DNA from: Candidatus Dojkabacteria bacterium
GTDB lineage: Bacteria; Patescibacteriota; Dojkabacteria; B142; OLB20
Reading direction: 5' to 3'
NCBI GenBank assembly: GCA_030583785.1
Contig: CP129475.1
Location: forward strand, 1,106,209 to 1,170,208
DNA length: 64,000 nt
The translations under genes were made by a program, and so were the position numbers. Every line of letters starts with the position of its first letter. Positions within the stretch are counted from its first letter, which is position 1. Below, one piece after another: positions 39,976 through 49,099 of the stretch. The notes under the pieces were generated by a model, which worked only from the letters and a program-made list of their open reading frames with translations, was not told where the DNA came from and searched no databases.

Positions 39976-40844
39976 TGGAAAATAAAGAGATTAGAAAAAA
40001 CTTAAAACATGGGTATTTATTTTTATCAATAATCCTGTTGGTTATTTTTGCTACATCTCTTTCTATCGAAATATATCTTAAAGGCGGATTTAAGTTTAAC
40101 TTCTCATCATCGAATACTGATAACTCAAATATCGAAGAATTAGTTGATACAAATGTAACAGATAATTCAGATATCTTTCTTGAATTTCAAAATATAACCG
40201 AAGGCTTTAAGACAAAGGAAAGTAAAATCATAATTGTTGCAAAAACTGACTTAGGAAATAAAGCATGGATTAATTCAAAGGAAATAACAGTTAATCCTGA
40301 AGGACTTTTTGAAAGCGAAATTGAACTTATTGTTGGCTCAAACGAAATTGTTATTGAGGCAGAAAATCCTAATAATCAAAAATCATTAAAAAAGATAAGT
40401 GTTACAAGGGAATCAGATCCTATTCCAACTGAAAAGCCAAAAGTTGAACCAAAAGTCGAGAAACCAGTTGTAAATACACCTATTCCAAAAGTTGAACCAA
40501 CACCTATCATTAAGCCAAATCCCGAACCTCAACCAACGCCAACTATAACAGCATTGAAGTTGAATTGTTCTATTACAAATACACAACCAAAAGTTGACCA
40601 AACTGTATCTCTTGATTGCACAGTCAAAGATCAGAACTCAAACCTAATCAATGGAGCTAATGGCACAGCATCAATAAATTGGCAATCAGGAGTTCAAACC
40701 ATTTCATTCCCAAACTCACAAAATGGATCTATGAAAATTAGTTTTGTTGTTCCTGCAAATAATAATGGAACTATTTCAGGAAGTGTTCGAATATCCAAAG
40801 ATGGATTAACTGTTACATCTAATTTTTCAATTATTGTGCAATAA
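39975..40844 (+). CDS. membrane-anchored extracellular protein with Pro-rich linker (T4SS accessory)
   Basis: 289 aa with an N-terminal TM and a 'PKVEPKVEKPVV...PNPEPQPTPT' linker. Confidence 0.4.
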   Translation: MENKEIRKNLKHGYLFLSIILLVIFATSLSIEIYLKGGFKFNFSSSNTDNSNIEELVDTNVTDNSDIFLEFQNITEGFKTKESKIIIVAKTDLGNKAWINSKEITVNPEGLFESEIELIVGSNEIVIEAENPNNQKSLKKISVTRESDPIPTEKPKVEPKVEKPVVNTPIPKVEPTPIIKPNPEPQPTPTITALKLNCSITNTQPKVDQTVSLDCTVKDQNSNLINGANGTASINWQSGVQTISFPNSQNGSMKISFVVPANNNGTISGSVRISKDGLTVTSNFSIIVQ

Positions 40845-41906
40845 ATGGAAGAAAATAAGCCACTACAAGCAACTAAAAATGCTATAGAGATTGGAGATAG
40901 CCTTCTTGGTGATACATTAGGTTTAGCTTCAAATAAAGTTGCTCCTGTAGTTGGCCCATTAGTCGTAAACATTTTGTGGAAGAATAAATGGAACATTCTA
41001 CTGTTTGGGATTGTATTTCTATGCTTTGGTGTCTTTGTGCTTGAATCGATAGCGTATCAGGTACTTGCAGGTTATAGAGAAATCATTAATGAAATTCCAA
41101 AGGATCATAAAGAATGTATTGAAAAATCAAGCCGAAAATACGATTTAGAATTTGAACTTGTTGCTTCATACGGAAAAGTGATAGCCAATTTTGATAGCAC
41201 TCACAAAGGCTCAGGTATTGGGTTATTGGAAATAACTCAGTCTGATTGGGATAAGGCAAAGACTGACGGAAGCGGTAATAATGAGGTCTCAGCTGATGAA
41301 CTGTGTGATAACTATTTTACACTTGCAAATCTACTCTCACAAAACTCAGGAGATTCTAAAGAAAAGATTTACGCATATTCATACCCTAAGAAAGATGAAG
41401 TATACGAGCAATACCAAATGTATGTTGGATTAATGCTTATTCCTTATGGTAATCCAGTCGGCTTAAATAGATCAGATTTAATAACAGTTACCTCAGGCTA
41501 CAACATTGTCAGAGTAATTGATGGATATAGGCATGTTCACAAAGGAGTTGATCTTGTACCTTCATCTCAATGGTACAAAGAAAATCAAGGTAAAGGCTCA
41601 ACTGATGCAGTTAATAGAGCGATTATTTCAGGTACAGTCTCAAATTTCAAAGATGGGAATGGTGCATTGTGTTCATACATTACAAATATGTTTTATCGAG
41701 TTATGTACTGTCATTGTGATGCCATTATTGCTCAAGATGGAGCAAATGTTAGATATGGAGATCCGATTTGTTTTATGGGCAGTACAGGGTTCTCTACAGG
41801 TGTTCATACGCATGTAGGAGTTTATGAGAAGAATGGTTTAGGAGGTTGGAACAATATTGATCCGACCCCATTTTTATTTCCAATCAGAAATAATGGAAAC
41901 AATTGA
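40845..41906 (+). CDS. bifunctional cell-wall hydrolase: lytic transglycosylase-like (SLT) + M23 (LytM) peptidase domains
   Basis: 353 aa. SLT-like 'GSGIGLLEITQSDW'. M23 motifs 'YRHVHKGVDL' (HxxxD) and 'GVHTHVG' (HxH). Confidence 0.6.
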   Translation: MEENKPLQATKNAIEIGDSLLGDTLGLASNKVAPVVGPLVVNILWKNKWNILLFGIVFLCFGVFVLESIAYQVLAGYREIINEIPKDHKECIEKSSRKYDLEFELVASYGKVIANFDSTHKGSGIGLLEITQSDWDKAKTDGSGNNEVSADELCDNYFTLANLLSQNSGDSKEKIYAYSYPKKDEVYEQYQMYVGLMLIPYGNPVGLNRSDLITVTSGYNIVRVIDGYRHVHKGVDLVPSSQWYKENQGKGSTDAVNRAIISGTVSNFKDGNGALCSYITNMFYRVMYCHCDAIIAQDGANVRYGDPICFMGSTGFSTGVHTHVGVYEKNGLGGWNNIDPTPFLFPIRNNGNN

Positions 41907-43230
41907 GAAAAACACAATTGAAATACTAGATACAACGCTTAAGCATGGGTTTTCGCAAATACCCAGAACTGTACTTAAAGCTAAAAACTTAAGTATGCAG
42001 TCTAAAACGCTTTATGCTTTGTTACTTGATTATGCTTGGCAAAAAGATCAATGTTTTCCAGGGCAAGATAGACTAGCTACAGACTTAGGAGTTCATAGGA
42101 ATACTATTCAGAAATATCTGATTGAACTACGAACCTTTAAGCTTATTAAATGGGTAAGACGAGGTTTAAAACAAACGAACATTTACTACATTTTACCGAT
42201 AAATCATCTCATTCAAAATCTACCTGATGCACAAGCACGAGTGCATCAAGATTCACAAGATAATGTGCATACAGTTGCCCAAACAACTGTGCATAAATTA
42301 GAAGAAGATGAATATAAGAAGAAAGAATATAAAAAGCCGTTATCGTTAAGCAACGCCAACGAACAATTAAATCTTAATACTTTTGATACAGAAGCTTTAG
42401 TTATCGCAAAGGAACTCAATGATGAAAAAAGCATTAAATTTTACCAAAAGATTGTTAATCAAAAGAAAAAAGGTGAAATTGCTGATGAAGATATTGTTTC
42501 TGCACTTGATGACACAAGACGAATGGTCAGAACTGATCAAGTGGATGGAAAACGATTTCTTAGAAATCCTGCAAGTTGGTTTGTCTCTACTTTGCAAAAG
42601 CTCACTCAAAAGCGGAAGGAAAAAGAACAAAAAGTGAAAGTCGAATCAATGTTGGAAAAGTTCCACAAGTCCTTTACCTTAAAGATTGTTGTATTAATAA
42701 CCTCACTTTTACTTGTCGGTTTTAATATAAATATACCTGTCTATGCTTCTGAAAATATAGATATCACGATAGATAGCGTATTTGAAGCACATAACCAAAT
42801 TAGAAAAGAAAACAGTCTTCCCGAATTTATTCTTAATGAAGAGCTAACCAAAAGTGCATACCTAAAAGCTGTTACGATGAAGTTTCAAAAATGTTGGTCG
42901 CATTACTGTCCTGATTCTCCATGGGGGAATTTTAGTGTTGTTGGATATGAATATGAAATCGCAGGAGAGAATCTTGCTCATGGCTTCACTGATCCTGATG
43001 TTTTGATAAAAGCTTGGCTTGATAGCCCAACTCATAAAGCAAACATAATGAACGATAAATACTCAGAAATTGGGATTGCTGTGATTGAATCTTCATTCTT
43101 AGACGATTCAACTGACAAGATTGTTGTTGTTCATTTCGCAAAGCCTAAATTGAACCCACTAAATAACGATTTTTTAGCATTTCAGAACAAAATAATATTA
43201 GGAAACAAACTATGTTGGAGCAACTATTAG
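41857..43230 (+). CDS. three-part protein: N-terminal winged-HTH (replication-initiator/HTH_36-like), central TM helix, C-terminal extracellular CAP/SCP/PR-1 domain
   Basis: 457 aa. N-terminus 'LYALLLDYAWQKDQCFPGQDRLATDLGVHRNTIQKYL'. TM 'IVVLITSLLLVGF'. CAP signature 'KAWLDSPTHKANIMNDKYSEIGIAV'. Confidence 0.5.
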   Translation: MIRPHFYFQSEIMETIEKNTIEILDTTLKHGFSQIPRTVLKAKNLSMQSKTLYALLLDYAWQKDQCFPGQDRLATDLGVHRNTIQKYLIELRTFKLIKWVRRGLKQTNIYYILPINHLIQNLPDAQARVHQDSQDNVHTVAQTTVHKLEEDEYKKKEYKKPLSLSNANEQLNLNTFDTEALVIAKELNDEKSIKFYQKIVNQKKKGEIADEDIVSALDDTRRMVRTDQVDGKRFLRNPASWFVSTLQKLTQKRKEKEQKVKVESMLEKFHKSFTLKIVVLITSLLLVGFNINIPVYASENIDITIDSVFEAHNQIRKENSLPEFILNEELTKSAYLKAVTMKFQKCWSHYCPDSPWGNFSVVGYEYEIAGENLAHGFTDPDVLIKAWLDSPTHKANIMNDKYSEIGIAVIESSFLDDSTDKIVVVHFAKPKLNPLNNDFLAFQNKIILGNKLCWSNY

Positions 43231-45860
43231 AAAATAGCATATTAATATTTGGGCTGACTATCTCAATTATTTCCACTCTTGGATTAATAAGTTGGTACTT
43301 TTTTCAGCTATTCATTTCACGCAGGAGTTCAAGAAATATTAATGGTTTTGTGATGCAGGTTATACCACCTAAATATTCATCGTTAGAAGTTAAGACAAAA
43401 CAAGGAGAAAGATTCGCTTTACAAAGATTTGTAGATAACCTAACAGCTTCAGCTAAAAACAATAGAATTTCTTTTGAAATATATGCAGATAGTGATGGCA
43501 TTAAATTTCTTGTTTGGACACCATCAAAACAAATACAAGACTTAATAAAGCTTAATTTATACAGTACTTACAAGGAACGAGTAAAAATACAGACTCTCGA
43601 TAATGATCCTTTAAAAGAGTTTAACCTTAATGAATCTACAATAAACGAGTATAAGAGTCTTAAGCATGATGTTTATATGCTTATGGATGTTCGAGATTTT
43701 GAAAGCATGGATCCAGTAACCGATATTCTTACTTCTATGACTAACATGGAGTCAGATAATAAAATGCTATTTCAGTTAGTATTAAGCCCTTCAAGAATTG
43801 ATAAAGAGGCTTTGAGAATGGCTAAAGAGAACTTTAGGCTCTTAAGATCTGAAATTACATGGTTTTCAGTTTTTCTTAATCATTTCGAGGTATATTTACT
43901 ATATTTTATCCCACTACTGCCATTCCTTATTTTTAAAGCACTCTCTGAAGTTTCAAGATCATTTTCAGCTAGACCTGAAAATATTGATCCTATGGTATTG
44001 CTCTCCGACCAAGACCCTAGAAAAATACTTGTAGATAAAGACTCACTACAAAATTTCTTTAGTTTAATGGACGAAAAGTATAAGACTTCGTTCACAACCT
44101 ACATTCGAGTTATTGCACAAGGAAATCAAAAGTTTGAGAAATTAAATAGTATTGAACAGTCTTTGGAATCGATGAAAAGTGAGACTCAGAATAGATTAGT
44201 TCGCAAATTATCTAATAAATATACTGATTTAGAGCAACGCTTCATTTACCCTGAAAGTAGTATTTTTCCCTTCTATCGTGAGCTATTCACTTCTCAAGGA
44301 GCTTTATCATCAAGAGAAATTTCGATGATTTACCATCTTCCATCTAAAATTTTCGATCCTGTTATTGAGCATTTTGTATCTCCTGATATTCCAGTTAAAA
44401 AAGAATACAGGACAAAGCATCAAAACTCAGACCTAAAACTTGGAATTAATAACACTCACGAAAAGCAATATGGTGTTTACTTACCTACTGAAAATAGAAA
44501 GAGACATTTAGTTGTTACAGGTCAAACAGGTACAGGGAAATCCACAATACTTAAGAACTTTATATTGCAGGATATAGATAATAATCTTTTAAAGGGTGAA
44601 AAAAGAGGGTTAATACTAATGGATCCTCATGAGGACTTCTTTATGGATTTATTAAAACGACTCCCAGAGAACTACAAAGAAAGTAAAAAGCTAATTGCTT
44701 GGGATACACAAAGTGAAGAATGGTATTTCGGGTTTAATCCAATTTATGCGGTTGGTATGACTGAAAGAGAAATTGATTTAACAATTGATTCTAATTTCAA
44801 ACTTATCGAAAAGATTATCAAGAGGGCTAATCCTGAAGTCGGTATGGGTATGACAGGAAAACCGATGTTACTAAATGCAATGAAAACTTTAATGGTGTTT
44901 CAAAATGAATGGGTTAATAAACATAATTCAACAATCGAAGCGACTAGCCTTATGGATAAAGTAGCACCAACACTACTAGATGTAAGAACACTTTTATTTG
45001 ATGAGAAATTTTCTGAAACAATTAAAAAGTTCATAGATTTTGATAAATATGAAGGTTTAAGAACATTTTGGAATGTCACATTACCTAATTACAAAAAATC
45101 TCAAAACTGGGCTGAGATACAACAGGGTTTTGATAATAAGCTCTCTCAAATACTTACTGGTATTTTGATGTATACATTCGGGCAATCTAAAAGCTCAGTT
45201 AATATTGCGGATATTATCCGTAAGTCAAAAGTATTACTTGTAAACCTATCGTCAAAAAACATCGGTGAAGAAGGCATGAGTTTGCTTGGATCTCTGTTAA
45301 TTTCAAAGATATGGTTTGAATCTAAAAGAATTGCTGAAAATGATCGAAAGCCTTTTGTAGTTTATGCTGATGAGTTTCAAAACTTCGCTAGTTCTGATTT
45401 TTCACAGGCTTTATCTGAAGCAAGAAAGTTTAAGCTTGAATTGATACTTGCTCACCAATTCTTTCAACAACTTCCTGACGATGTATTTCATGCGGTTATG
45501 GGCAATGTGAAGAACAAAGTCTATTACCGATGTGGTTTAGAAGACTGCCAAATAATCTCTAAGGATTTACAAGGTAAGGTATTAGAGCAAGAGGTAATGG
45601 AAGTACCTGAATTTCATGCGAATGTAAAAGCAGGTGAAGATGTGTTTTCAATATATATACCAAAAGAACGAGATACGACTATTTCAGTTGTTGAAGTTAA
45701 AGCTTTTATAGATAGTAACTATAAAGCTCTTGGTAAAAGTAGAAAATCGATTGATTCTGAAATAGTAAATCGCAGGAATTGGATACTGAAAGGTTGCAAA
45801 ATAGAGGTATCCAATGAGATTACTGATGGATTGTCCTTGCAATCAGGAGAAATCCTTTAA
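43212..45860 (+). CDS. type IV coupling protein (VirD4/TraG/TcpA-like FtsK-fold ATPase)
   Basis: 882 aa with an N-terminal TM, Walker A 'VVTGQTGTGKST' and Walker B 'FVVYADEFQNF'. Confidence 0.65.
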   Translation: MLEQLLENSILIFGLTISIISTLGLISWYFFQLFISRRSSRNINGFVMQVIPPKYSSLEVKTKQGERFALQRFVDNLTASAKNNRISFEIYADSDGIKFLVWTPSKQIQDLIKLNLYSTYKERVKIQTLDNDPLKEFNLNESTINEYKSLKHDVYMLMDVRDFESMDPVTDILTSMTNMESDNKMLFQLVLSPSRIDKEALRMAKENFRLLRSEITWFSVFLNHFEVYLLYFIPLLPFLIFKALSEVSRSFSARPENIDPMVLLSDQDPRKILVDKDSLQNFFSLMDEKYKTSFTTYIRVIAQGNQKFEKLNSIEQSLESMKSETQNRLVRKLSNKYTDLEQRFIYPESSIFPFYRELFTSQGALSSREISMIYHLPSKIFDPVIEHFVSPDIPVKKEYRTKHQNSDLKLGINNTHEKQYGVYLPTENRKRHLVVTGQTGTGKSTILKNFILQDIDNNLLKGEKRGLILMDPHEDFFMDLLKRLPENYKESKKLIAWDTQSEEWYFGFNPIYAVGMTEREIDLTIDSNFKLIEKIIKRANPEVGMGMTGKPMLLNAMKTLMVFQNEWVNKHNSTIEATSLMDKVAPTLLDVRTLLFDEKFSETIKKFIDFDKYEGLRTFWNVTLPNYKKSQNWAEIQQGFDNKLSQILTGILMYTFGQSKSSVNIADIIRKSKVLLVNLSSKNIGEEGMSLLGSLLISKIWFESKRIAENDRKPFVVYADEFQNFASSDFSQALSEARKFKLELILAHQFFQQLPDDVFHAVMGNVKNKVYYRCGLEDCQIISKDLQGKVLEQEVMEVPEFHANVKAGEDVFSIYIPKERDTTISVVEVKAFIDSNYKALGKSRKSIDSEIVNRRNWILKGCKIEVSNEITDGLSLQSGEIL

Positions 45861-45917
45861 TTAAGTTTATTTAATTTATGAAAATGCTGTTCCTTCCGCC
45901 AATTTCAGTCTCGGTAT

Positions 45918-45958
45918 GAGTGATTGGGTGGACTTCTTCGAACTCCACCCAATCACTC
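45918..45958. repeat. perfect 15-bp-stem hairpin (GAGTGATTGGGTGGA / TCCACCCAATCACTC, 11-nt loop)
   Basis: Seen directly in the intergenic region between the coupling-protein gene and the relaxation-like gene. Not followed by a T-run. Candidate oriT or terminator. Confidence 0.5.
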
Positions 45959-46043
45959 CCTCGACTACGATTAATGGTGTGTGTACCCTTAATCTAATCC
46001 GATGGATTGAACTTGGCGGTGCGGAACATAAATATAAATAAAT

Positions 46044-46940
46044 ATGGAAAATATTAGAATAACATACAATCAAATAGAACTAGTAGATACTATACATTCA
46101 TTCAGGTACTTACCTCTTAAAGTATTAATAAAAATTGCAAAAAAACAAAATCTCTATTCACATAAACAAAACTTAGGACGAATCATAATTAAACTTGAAA
46201 AACGAGGTTATATAAAATCTTTCTTCTATGGCAACAATTGGAAAGTTTTATATATTACGAAATTGGGCGGTGAATTATTGACTCAAGCGAAAGGAATATT
46301 GGCAAAAGACTTGTCTGTGCCAAATCAAAATGGAAAATTACAATTTGCCATGCTTGAGCATACGGTGAGTATTGCAGAGCTATACGAACAGTTGACCGAT
46401 CAATTACCAAATTATACGAATTTACGACTTGTAGACTGGCAAGGCGATCAAAAATGTTTCTACCAATATACGATTCGTGTTTACGATTCAGGAAGGAATC
46501 AGAAACGAAACCTTTCTCCCGATTCGTACTTTAAACTCATTAAAGGTGATGAAAGCATAGAATTCTTTCTAGAGTACGATACGGGGCAAATGGATAAAGA
46601 CCAACTGGCACGAAAGTTTATGCGGTATTTTGAATATTTCATATATGGTAACTGGAAGGAGAGTTTTCTAACTTTCCCTTCAATACTTTTCGTAACTGAG
46701 CGTTCTGAAAAAGAAATTTCAAAATTAGTTGTTCAAGACAACTTTAATATTGAACAGGCTTTAGAAAACAGAAATCAGTTTACTGATTCTGACAATGTTA
46801 TTTACAGAGGTATTGGTTATTCCGATAACCTTAAAAGCTATAGCTTTGAGGAAATAACATCTTTTCTAAAAACTAGAATTATATTTACGAAAAAGAATGA
46901 AATATGGTCAAAACAATTACTCGAGAAGTTATCGCAATAA
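46044..46940 (+). CDS. replication-relaxation family-like protein (putative relaxase/replication-initiator of the element)
   Basis: 298 aa. Its size and N-terminal wHTH-like region resemble PF13814-type proteins of Gram-positive ICEs. Weak, context-based call. Confidence 0.35.
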   Translation: MENIRITYNQIELVDTIHSFRYLPLKVLIKIAKKQNLYSHKQNLGRIIIKLEKRGYIKSFFYGNNWKVLYITKLGGELLTQAKGILAKDLSVPNQNGKLQFAMLEHTVSIAELYEQLTDQLPNYTNLRLVDWQGDQKCFYQYTIRVYDSGRNQKRNLSPDSYFKLIKGDESIEFFLEYDTGQMDKDQLARKFMRYFEYFIYGNWKESFLTFPSILFVTERSEKEISKLVVQDNFNIEQALENRNQFTDSDNVIYRGIGYSDNLKSYSFEEITSFLKTRIIFTKKNEIWSKQLLEKLSQ

Positions 46941-47440
46941 CAGGAATTGTTTTGGTTTTGTTTGGGATCTTTGTTTTCTACCAAACGACTTCTCCTGAAG
47001 TTGCTTATCAACTAAAACCTCCTGATATTCAGGAATTAACTCTTTCAGCCGAGACGACTGAAGATTTATCCGTAAACAGATTAATAATTCCTGCTATTGG
47101 AGTTGATATGCAGATTGGTTCAGAGAAACGATTTCTTGATTTTGGAGGCTGGGTACAATCCTCAAATCAAGAAAATGAACCTAATCTTATCGCAATTCAT
47201 AGGTTTGGTTGGGACAATCTTTCTCCTGAACAGAAAATAAAGCAAACTTTATACCATGTTCAGAAACTTAAAGGTGGCGACAAAATATATCTGATATGGA
47301 ATGGTGAAAGATATCAATACGAAGTTACAGATTTAATAGATGATACTAACAACCCACCAATTACCGACGACTTAGTTTTATACACCTGCAAATTCTTCAA
47401 CAGTTCACATCGGATATTTGTTCAGACGAAAAGGATTTGA
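46904..47440 (+). CDS. small sortase-like transpeptidase
   Basis: 178 aa with an N-terminal TM. His in 'LIAIHRFGW', Cys in 'LVLYTC' (as in TLxTC), and a downstream Arg ('FVQTKRI'). Confidence 0.4.
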   Translation: MVKTITREVIAITGIVLVLFGIFVFYQTTSPEVAYQLKPPDIQELTLSAETTEDLSVNRLIIPAIGVDMQIGSEKRFLDFGGWVQSSNQENEPNLIAIHRFGWDNLSPEQKIKQTLYHVQKLKGGDKIYLIWNGERYQYEVTDLIDDTNNPPITDDLVLYTCKFFNSSHRIFVQTKRI

Positions 47441-47588
47441 ACACACACCTTTTAACAAAAGGTAGAAAACTTTAAATAATCACTTTTGAAGGGGTAAACC
47501 CCATAAATATTATTCATAATTAGTTAAGGATTATTTAATTTTTGATCAGTACAATTTAGATATATCTAAATTGTTAAAGGAAAAGCCT

Positions 47589-47705
47589 ATGGATGTTCAA
47601 GCAAAGGAGATGCTTCGAATAGAAGTCGAAGCTCAGTTGCATAGGCTTCTCGATAAAATCGAGGAGCTGAATTATCTACTGCAAGTTTTATTTGCAGAGA
47701 TATAA
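47589..47705 (+). CDS. 38-aa helical peptide (MDVQAKEMLRIEVEAQLHRLLDKIEELNYLLQVLFAEI), hypothetical
   Basis: Good SD (AAGGAAAAG-N5-ATG). Followed 6 nt later by a perfect hairpin. Below the ORF-track length cutoff. Confidence 0.3.
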   Translation: MDVQAKEMLRIEVEAQLHRLLDKIEELNYLLQVLFAEI

Positions 47706-47711
47706 CAAGGA

Positions 47712-47737
47712 GAGGGAAAGGTTAGCCCCTTTCCCTC
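47712..47737 (+). terminator. 10-bp perfect hairpin GAGGGAAAGG-TTAGCC-CCTTTCCCTC
   Basis: Seen directly. The T-tract is weak (CAATCTTTAT). Confidence 0.4.
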
Positions 47738-48103
47738 AATCTTTATGTCGTTACACGACTTAAAACAAACATTATTTCCCTTTCTAGTTAAAAGTCTAGC
47801 ATAAAAATTCTAAGATAGCTGGCGTTTCAGCTATCGCTTTCACTTGCTACCTTTCAGGTTTGCAAGGATTTGCTTTTCGCTTTGCTCAAATTCCTCCTTG
47901 TCAAATCAGCCTTTTTATACTGCCTTCACTTCCTTTGGTCGTTTCGGCTCGCTTTTTCTCTCTTAAGAAAGGGAAAAACTTCCTTACTTAAAACAAAAGC
48001 TCTTTGACAATTGAATAGCCTGAGTTGAAAGCTAGTAACCGCTATGTATTGACTAGTGAGGTGGACAGCTTGGGAGGAATAAATAATTTTTTACATTATC
48101 AAA

Positions 48104-48397
48104 ATGAAATTACTTACAAAAGAAATTCTTGAGAAGTTACCAAAACTTTACACACAGGAAGAAAAAGGACTTGAAGCAGTTGCCATAGTTAAGTTTTTTA
48201 CTCCTGATAGTAACTGGACATGGTACGCAACAGAATTTGACGGAGAAGATTTATTTTTCGGACTTGTTGAAGGTTTTGAAAAAGAAATCGGATATTTCAG
48301 ACTTTCAGAACTTCAAAGCGTGAAAGGTGCATTAGGTCTACCAATTGAAAGAGATATGTTTTTCAAACCTAAAACACTAAACGAATTGATGAACTGA
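48104..48397 (+). CDS. DUF2958-like protein (family common on conjugative plasmids/ICEs)
   Basis: 97 aa. The 'WTWYATEFDGEDLFFGLVEGFEKEIGYFRLSELQ...GLPIERDMFFKP' pattern matches my recollection of DUF2958. Confidence 0.45.
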   Translation: MKLLTKEILEKLPKLYTQEEKGLEAVAIVKFFTPDSNWTWYATEFDGEDLFFGLVEGFEKEIGYFRLSELQSVKGALGLPIERDMFFKPKTLNELMN

Positions 48398-48404
48398 AAA
48401 AGAA

Positions 48405-48436
48405 CCTTTGAGGGTGGGCAGGCTAAACCCTCAAAT
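48405..48436. repeat. hairpin repeat copy 1: CCTTTGAGGGTGGGCAGGCTAAACCCTCAAAT
   Basis: 9-bp stem TTTGAGGGT/ACCCTCAAA. A near-identical copy occurs at 49319-49350. Confidence 0.6.
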
Positions 48437-48443
48437 CTAAATT

Positions 48444-48848
48444 ATGAATTATTACAAAATGGTTACTACTTTATCGCTAGATTGGATTAAAAAAATCAAT
48501 CCATATTACTGGGATACTTTACTGGAAGATGAGGGAATAATGTGGAATACATTATGGTGCTTTGATGAAACACAGTGGACAGAGCGAAACGCTCAAATAG
48601 TCAGAGAGTGCGGAATGATACCAATTGAGGTTGACGGATTGATTTTCTGTGGTCTGGCAGGTTGTGGAATGGATTTAACTGCAAATATTATTTACACACA
48701 ATACAAGCTAACAGGCTTTATTGAACAAGACCACGCCTACTACTTGAAACATCAAGCAAAAGAATTTGTTGAGTATGTTATCGGAGAGAAGGCAAGAGAC
48801 GAACTAATTCAATGTGTAAATAAGTTTTATAAGGATATAGAAATATGA
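48444..48848 (+). CDS. hypothetical protein
   Basis: 134 aa with no motif recognised. Confidence 0.35.
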   Translation: MNYYKMVTTLSLDWIKKINPYYWDTLLEDEGIMWNTLWCFDETQWTERNAQIVRECGMIPIEVDGLIFCGLAGCGMDLTANIIYTQYKLTGFIEQDHAYYLKHQAKEFVEYVIGEKARDELIQCVNKFYKDIEI

Positions 48849-49027
48849 AAAGCTACTTGATACTAAATCGCTTATATAAATTCATCAAAGAAATAAACGA
48901 AAAAACCTTCATAGGACTAATTGAAGGAGCAAAGGATGAAAAAGAAGCACTCAACAGAGCAAAAGCAAAATTCAAACTTTGGCGGAATGAAGAGCTTATC
49001 GCAGAGGAGTGCTATATACAAGTATAA
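48845..49027 (+). CDS. small hypothetical protein
   Basis: 60 aa, translationally coupled to the previous gene. Confidence 0.25.
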   Translation: MKSYLILNRLYKFIKEINEKTFIGLIEGAKDEKEALNRAKAKFKLWRNEELIAEECYIQV

Positions 49028-49032
49028 CAGGT

Positions 49033-49065
49033 TAAGGGCGGAGGTCAAAAGCTTCCACCCTTACT
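49033..49065. repeat. imperfect hairpin TTAAGGGCGGAGG-TCAAAAGC-TTCCACCCTTAC
   Basis: 11 of 13 positions pair. It follows a small ORF, like the other two hairpins. Confidence 0.35.
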
Positions 49066-49099
49066 AAAACAATAAATATAAATTTATTTAACAAAATAA

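Noticed and set aside
41518-41817. 99-aa ORF 41518..41817 (+) and other 60-80-aa ORFs nested in T4SS/R-M genes (e.g. 36255..36446, 50309..50518, 52223..52585, 56195..56470)
   Set aside because: They are alternative-frame or antisense ORFs inside long genes with strong motif support. They are typical AT-rich-genome noise.
46044-46940. Confident relaxase assignment for the 298-aa protein
   Set aside because: No HUH or MOB catalytic motif could be seen by eye. It is kept only as a low-confidence 'replication-relaxation-like' call based on size and context.
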